Shown: piece by piece, positions 59,427 through 64,000 of the stretch
Numbering within the stretch: the stretch's first letter is position 1
Layout of the letters: every line of letters starts with the position of its first letter
From: Candidatus Peribacteria bacterium
GTDB lineage: Bacteria; Patescibacteriota; Gracilibacteria; Peribacterales; Peribacteraceae
Direction: 5' to 3'
DNA length: 64,000 nucleotides
NCBI GenBank assembly: GCA_041691135.1
Contig: JBEPVF010000001.1
Span: forward strand, 261,493 to 325,492
Notes under the pieces: generated by a model
Databases searched by the model: none
Seen by the model: only the letters and a program-made list of their open reading frames with translations
Told to the model about the DNA's origin: nothing
Made by a program: the position numbers and the translations under genes

Positions 59427-60662
59427 TCACGGAAAGAGGCTCTTGAGCCATGTGCCGACCTGTTTGACGGCGCGCTTCACCTGGAAGTTGTTGCCACGGA
59501 CGGCGTTGTCGTCGTCGCGCATCCCCCAGACGAGGGTGCCGAGAGCCGTGGCGTAGGCCGGATCATCGACTTTCTCGATCACGCCGCCGATCTCGACCGG
59601 GAAACCCATTTGGACCGGGAGACCCAGAACATCGCGCGCCAGGTCCAGAACCCCGGGCGATTTGACGGCAGCACCGGTAAGAATGGCGCCCGCCGGCAAC
59701 ATGCCACTGCGACCCAGTCGCTGCAGTTCGGCTTTTACCAGCGAGAAGATCTCGTAGTACCGCGCCTGCATGATCTCGGCCATGTAGCGTTTGCTCACTG
59801 TCTGCGTATCGACCTTGCTGACAGAGGAGAGATCGATCATCTCGCGTTCATTGATCTCGGTGGGGAGCACCGAACCGTGTTCGATCTTGATCTTCTCAGC
59901 CGTGTCGATGGACGTGCGCAGACCGATGGCGATGTCCGAGGTCACGCTCTCGCCAGCGATGGGCAGACTGACTGAATGCAGGATCGTCCCCTCTTCGAAC
60001 ACCGTCATGCTCGTGCAGCCCGCACCGATATCGATGACGATGACGCCCAGCTCTTTCTGACGCTTGGTGAGTGTCGCTTCGGCCGCGGCAATGGTCGCCG
60101 GGACAATGGCATCAATGTCGACGCCGGCCTGGTCGATACACTTCTCGATGTTCTTCACGTGCTGGATGTGGCCGGTGATGATGTGTGCTTCGACTTCGAG
60201 ACGGATACCGGTCATACCCATCGGGTTCTTGATCCCCCGCTGTTCATCCACGGCGTAGGACTTCGGTTCGATGTGCAGGATGCGGCGGTTGGCCGGAATG
60301 CTGACCGCCTGGGCGGCCTCGAGGACGCGGACGATATCGTCGACCGTGATCTCGGCGCCCGAGATGGCAATGACACCACGACTGTCGAACGCTTCGATGT
60401 GCGATCCGCTCATTCCCACGAAGACATGGTTCACCGGCACGCCGGCCATGCGCTCCGCATCTTCCAAAGACGAGATAATGTTGTGGATTAATTCTTCCAC
60501 ATCAATCACATGACCCTTCCGCATTCCGAGTGACGGTGAGAGTCCGACCCCGATCACATTGGGGACTCGCTCGGTGGGTTGAGTGCCGTCGACGACGGCG
60601 ATGACAGTACGAATTTTAGAACTTCCGATATCCAGACTGGCTAGTACTCGTTCTTTTGGCAT
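59427..60662 (-). CDS. ftsA: Cell division protein FtsA
   Basis: LDIGSSKI, GMRKG, P.GMTGIRLEV, IDIGAG, AEKIKIEHG, LTG. Confidence 0.97.
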   Translation of the reverse strand: MPKERVLASLDIGSSKIRTVIAVVDGTQPTERVPNVIGVGLSPSLGMRKGHVIDVEELIHNIISSLEDAERMAGVPVNHVFVGMSGSHIEAFDSRGVIAISGAEITVDDIVRVLEAAQAVSIPANRRILHIEPKSYAVDEQRGIKNPMGMTGIRLEVEAHIITGHIQHVKNIEKCIDQAGVDIDAIVPATIAAAEATLTKRQKELGVIVIDIGAGCTSMTVFEEGTILHSVSLPIAGESVTSDIAIGLRTSIDTAEKIKIEHGSVLPTEINEREMIDLSSVSKVDTQTVSKRYMAEIMQARYYEIFSLVKAELQRLGRSGMLPAGAILTGAAVKSPGVLDLARDVLGLPVQMGFPVEIGGVIEKVDDPAYATALGTLVWGMRDDDNAVRGNNFQVKRAVKQVGTWLKSLFP

Positions 60663-61037
60663 GTGGATGGGGTGAAATCAGGGTGAGCAGCGATGCGCTT
60701 GAAGGAGAGATCACAAAATGTGAAATCTCGAAGAGTCTAATCGTCCGCGAAACATGGGTGCAAGGGCGGTATGACTACGTTTCGTATACACCAATGCATC
60801 AACTGTGCACAGAAGATGTTCAGTTTTTTTGGCGTTCCCTTGGTATATAACAAAAAAAGTATTCACGATAAAAACACGATAAAAAGAATGAGCACCTTTT
60901 GTAGTCGATGAGCGATGAGTAGTGGATGTTATGAGCAAATGATGGGATGGCATATTAAAAGGTAACCGACGCAACCGAGGGAACCGAAGAAGCCGAGGGA
61001 AAAATTCCTCTGAGTCTTCTGCATCTTCTGAGTCTTT

Positions 61038-61991
61038 TTAAAAGAGGCTCAACTGTCCCTCCCCTTTCTTCGTCACAGCAACTTGTGCCTCTTCCTGCTG
61101 AAAGTGCAACAGACCGTAGGGCGACTTACGCAGGGTATCCAGACGCCGGGATAGCATGGAGAATTCCAAGTCGCGGAAGAGCCCCAGCACCGAATCAATC
61201 GACAGGTTTTGCAGCGCAAGTTGTTCGAGCGGCACAGGCAACGGTTCCACGCATACCAACGTGGCCATGTGCTTGCAGAAGAATGCCTGCTCACGGTCGT
61301 GTTCCAGCTTCTGACGGGCTGACCCCTTCACTTCCTCGATATGTTCATAAATGCCCTCGAGTGTGCCGTAGGTTTGAAGCAGCGAGGCGGCCGTTTTTGG
61401 GCCGATTCCCATCACTCCCGGCAGGTTGTCCGACGCGTCACCTGTCAGCCCCTTATAACAAGGTATCTGATCCGGCCGCACGCCGTACTTTGCCAGAATC
61501 TCATTCGGCCCCAGATACTCGGCCTGTTGGTAGGCTTTGTGCGGGATGGCAATGCGAATCTTATCGCTGGCAATCTGGAACAAATCGCGGTCGCCGGTCA
61601 CCACCGTTGCGCGCATCCCCTCCTTCACGGCTGCCTGTGCGTAGGTGCACAGGAAATCATCGGCTTCGTACTTCTTGTCCGCCACGTGCGCCAGACCAAG
61701 GCGTTCGATCATCTCGATAATCCGCGGGATCTGGACGAAGAAATCATCCGGCGTCTCGGCCCGGCCATCCTTATAGGTGGCGTTCTCCTGATGGCGAAAG
61801 GTCTCTTCGCCTTCGTCGAAACAGAAAAGCAAACTATCCGGCTCCTCTGTTTTAAGGATCGTAATCAGCATGGAAGCCACCCCAAACACCGCGTTCGTCG
61901 GCTCCCCGCTCGCTGTCTGCATCCCACGTGGAATGGCGTAGTAAGCCCGATACATTAAATGATGGCCGTCGATCAGAACGAGATGTTTCAT
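61038..61991 (-). CDS. Stand-alone 5'-3' exonuclease/flap endonuclease (PolI N-terminal domain family)
   Basis: LIDGH..MYRAYYA, TNAV.G, YK.GR, YEADD, TGDRD, GDASDNLPGV.GIG.KTA. Ends with no polymerase domain. Confidence 0.92.
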   Translation of the reverse strand: MKHLVLIDGHHLMYRAYYAIPRGMQTASGEPTNAVFGVASMLITILKTEEPDSLLFCFDEGEETFRHQENATYKDGRAETPDDFFVQIPRIIEMIERLGLAHVADKKYEADDFLCTYAQAAVKEGMRATVVTGDRDLFQIASDKIRIAIPHKAYQQAEYLGPNEILAKYGVRPDQIPCYKGLTGDASDNLPGVMGIGPKTAASLLQTYGTLEGIYEHIEEVKGSARQKLEHDREQAFFCKHMATLVCVEPLPVPLEQLALQNLSIDSVLGLFRDLEFSMLSRRLDTLRKSPYGLLHFQQEEAQVAVTKKGEGQLSLF

Positions 61992-62065
61992 AGAGAAGAT
62001 GGCTTGCCCGGCGTAGCTCCACAGAGCGAAGTCGGGTGTCCGTCGATCAGCACAAGATGCTTCAT
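61988..62065 (-). other. 25-codon upstream mini-ORF containing a recoded duplicate of the exonuclease N-terminus plus a REP-like repeat
   Basis: MKHLVLIDGH-PTSLCGATPGKPSSL*. Its TGA overlaps the exonuclease ATG (ATGA). Confidence 0.7.
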
Positions 62066-62397
62066 GGCGGATAGGGTGCGCCAGGAGACGGTCAGATACA
62101 AGCGAAGTGAGCGAAAACACCTGATCAAAAACAGTCACTGTTGCTACTTCAATAGTTGGAGCGCTATCGCTTTCTTGTGCGCGTGTTCCCGTTCTTTCCC
62201 TCCAGCAAACGCGAGCTTCTGTAGTCAGCGTCTCCCTATCCGTATAACTGCAGATTTAGTGACTTCTGGAATAGAAAAGCTCAAATATAATTAAAATTAA
62301 TATACTACAAAAGTCAACATGCACAGACTCCACAGGAACCCCATTTTTTGCTATAATGGAAGGTCATCTGTACATCAAACCTGACACACAAAAATCC

Positions 62398-62973
62398 ATG
62401 AATCCCATCAATATCAAAGCGCGCCTGGAACAGAAGCTGCAAGACAAGCTGGATATGCAAGCGTCACTCAGCTGGCCCAAGGAACCAAAGCGTCCAATGC
62501 TCTGCATTCCGACAGGAATGACTGATTCACTGGGCGGCAAACTGATGGCCGACGTGCTCCCCGGCATCTTGAGTCTGCAGACAGAACTTCTGATCCTCGG
62601 AAAAGGCTCCGCCCAGTACGGTGAGTTCTTCACCAAGCTGGCCAAGGACCAACCGCATCGCGTGCACATTGTGGCAAACGATGAGGCATCGATGATCAAG
62701 ATGATCAACGCCGCCGACATGGCCCTCTTCTTCAGCACCGAAGGCGAAGAGGAACTGAAGGCTTGTCTGGCCGCTGGCGCTGTCCCGCTGTCCCCTGCCC
62801 GCTCCCCACTCGACGATTACAATCCTGCGCAGGAGAGTGGCAATGCGTTCCTCTACGAAGGTGATTCGAAGTGGTTATGTTTCGCCTCGCTGGTTCGCGC
62901 GATGGAAACGTTCAAACTGCCGTACGACTGGCGGACAATTCAGAGGCATGGGATGGAAACACAAATTGCATGA
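62398..62973 (+). CDS. Glycogen synthase (GT5) C-terminal-domain-only protein
   Basis: KARLEQKL, LLILGKG...Y...F, AADM, GAVP, DYNP..ESGNAF.Y, LVRA.E.F....W..IQ..GM. The in-frame upstream ATG at 62356 is also possible. Confidence 0.7.
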   Translation: MNPINIKARLEQKLQDKLDMQASLSWPKEPKRPMLCIPTGMTDSLGGKLMADVLPGILSLQTELLILGKGSAQYGEFFTKLAKDQPHRVHIVANDEASMIKMINAADMALFFSTEGEEELKACLAAGAVPLSPARSPLDDYNPAQESGNAFLYEGDSKWLCFASLVRAMETFKLPYDWRTIQRHGMETQIA

Positions 62974-62976
62974 CAT

Positions 62977-63204
62977 TTATAGGCGCTTGTCTCTTTGTAA
63001 AGATGCCTTGATTTCATTTTTTCTTCGTTCTATATCGAGCTTATACCCTTCATCGAACTCACGATCTTCAGGGAGGGAATTTAGCGGCAGCTCTCCTTTC
63101 GACTGTCGTCTAAGCATTGAGGTATGCGACTCCAATCTGAAAGGTACGAGTTCGGTCTGATAAATCTGACGGCATAAGGTCGGAGTAGTCGATGTTGCCA
63201 TCAC
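62977..63204 (-). CDS. Small hypothetical protein
   Basis: 75-aa ORF convergent with the preceding gene. Confidence 0.35.
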   Translation of the reverse strand: MMATSTTPTLCRQIYQTELVPFRLESHTSMLRRQSKGELPLNSLPEDREFDEGYKLDIERRKNEIKASLQRDKRL

Positions 63205-63387
63205 CTGAGTATGTCTCTGACATATACAAAAGAGAAAAAAGACGCTTAATTATAGATAAGCGTAAGCGGAATTTCAACTCTTAATTCCATGAAATTCATA
63301 CCTATCCTTGGGAGAGGTTCGAAAGTCCTCCTCCTCAAATAACTTCACCAGTACAAGATGCGATTGGAACATTGTATGATTAGTCAC

Positions 63388-63939
63388 ATGGATCATGATA
63401 TCGAAAGACAGCAACTACCCTCAGCATGGAAAAGTGAACGTCTCATGGTCCGAGACGCGATAGAAAAAGACCTTCCTGAACTGCGAAAGGTCTATGACGA
63501 GTGCTCCTATATCGGGGAACTTACGGGCTATCATGACGAGTCCAAAGATCCGATGCTTGCAGAGTTTCGGGGCGAAGCACTTCCACCGAACGGCAAACGA
63601 GAACTTCAGCGACTCCAATCAATTCTGGAATCAAGAACACAAGACATCATTGGTTACCTCGTTTCCTATCACGGGTTTCCGGATCATGAGACATTCTGGA
63701 TAGCAGCACTGGCCATTCGGCCAGAGTTCCAGCGCCAGAAATTCGGCAACGAAGTGATCAGTTCTCTTGCAAAGCACATAGAGGAACTTGGTGGTTATTC
63801 AAAAATGGGAATCGCTGTTGGGGTGGGTAATGATCCAGCCATGAAATTCTGGTCGACGTGTGGATTTACAGAAGTTATCAAGACAGAAGATTTCGGTGCG
63901 TATGCAACCACTTGGATAGTGAAAAAATTAGAGAATTGA
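63388..63939 (+). CDS. GNAT family N-acetyltransferase
   Basis: ERLMVR.A...D, LAIRPEFQRQKFG (motif A), N.PAMKFW...GF. Confidence 0.9.
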   Translation: MDHDIERQQLPSAWKSERLMVRDAIEKDLPELRKVYDECSYIGELTGYHDESKDPMLAEFRGEALPPNGKRELQRLQSILESRTQDIIGYLVSYHGFPDHETFWIAALAIRPEFQRQKFGNEVISSLAKHIEELGGYSKMGIAVGVGNDPAMKFWSTCGFTEVIKTEDFGAYATTWIVKKLEN

Positions 63940-64000
63940 TTTTTATGGTGGCTCTTTACGCCGAAGTCCGAACCTATTTTATCACGAATCCTTGAGTTTT

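Noticed and set aside
63309-63335. tRNA T-arm-like fragment GGGAGAGGTTCGAAAGTCCTCCTCC
   Set aside because: No cloverleaf or CCA; too short to support.
1-64000. CRISPR array or cas genes
   Set aside because: No regularly spaced 23-47 bp direct repeats. The repeats seen are short-period or dispersed.
1-64000. Alternative genetic code (UGA = Gly, as in Gracilibacteria)
   Set aside because: Core genes are full-length under code 11, and several (glmS, infB, ftsA) end properly at TGA.

Overview
A 64 kb chromosomal segment from a bacterium using genetic code 11 (TGA = stop). Gene content and style point to CPR/Patescibacteria, probably Peribacteria-like; this is an inference. Most genes are housekeeping and lie on the minus strand: rpsT, glmS, ftsI-like PBP, pilB/gspE ATPase, rluD, tyrS, a Xer recombinase, pgk, tsaE, rarA, bcp, rplS, infB, nrnA, eno, lgt, thrS, dnaA, rseP, comF, dut, ftsZ, ftsA, a stand-alone 5'-3' exonuclease, tRNA-Pro(GGG) and tRNA-Val(GAC). 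Accessory content is a RAYT transposase between two inverted GTAG-REPs, a GH6 cellulase beside tRNA-Val, a 1531-aa HEXXH protein and several ORFans. The most notable observations: (1) ThrRS carries an N-terminal YeaK/ProXp-ST1-like trans-editing domain in place of TGS while keeping its own editing site. (2) A perfectly symmetric dif-like site sits directly upstream of the xer gene, next to DnaA boxes. (3) The first 10 codons of the exonuclease gene are duplicated with synonymous recoding around a small repeat, forming a translationally coupled mini-ORF. (4) TsaE is fused to an HD domain. (5) ftsA-ftsZ and a wHTH regulator share an upstream palindrome. (6) Many genes have a -10 box just before the start codon (leaderless-type). 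(7) Several dispersed short-period intergenic repeat families are present. All calls come from reading the sequence and recognising motifs; no searches were run.
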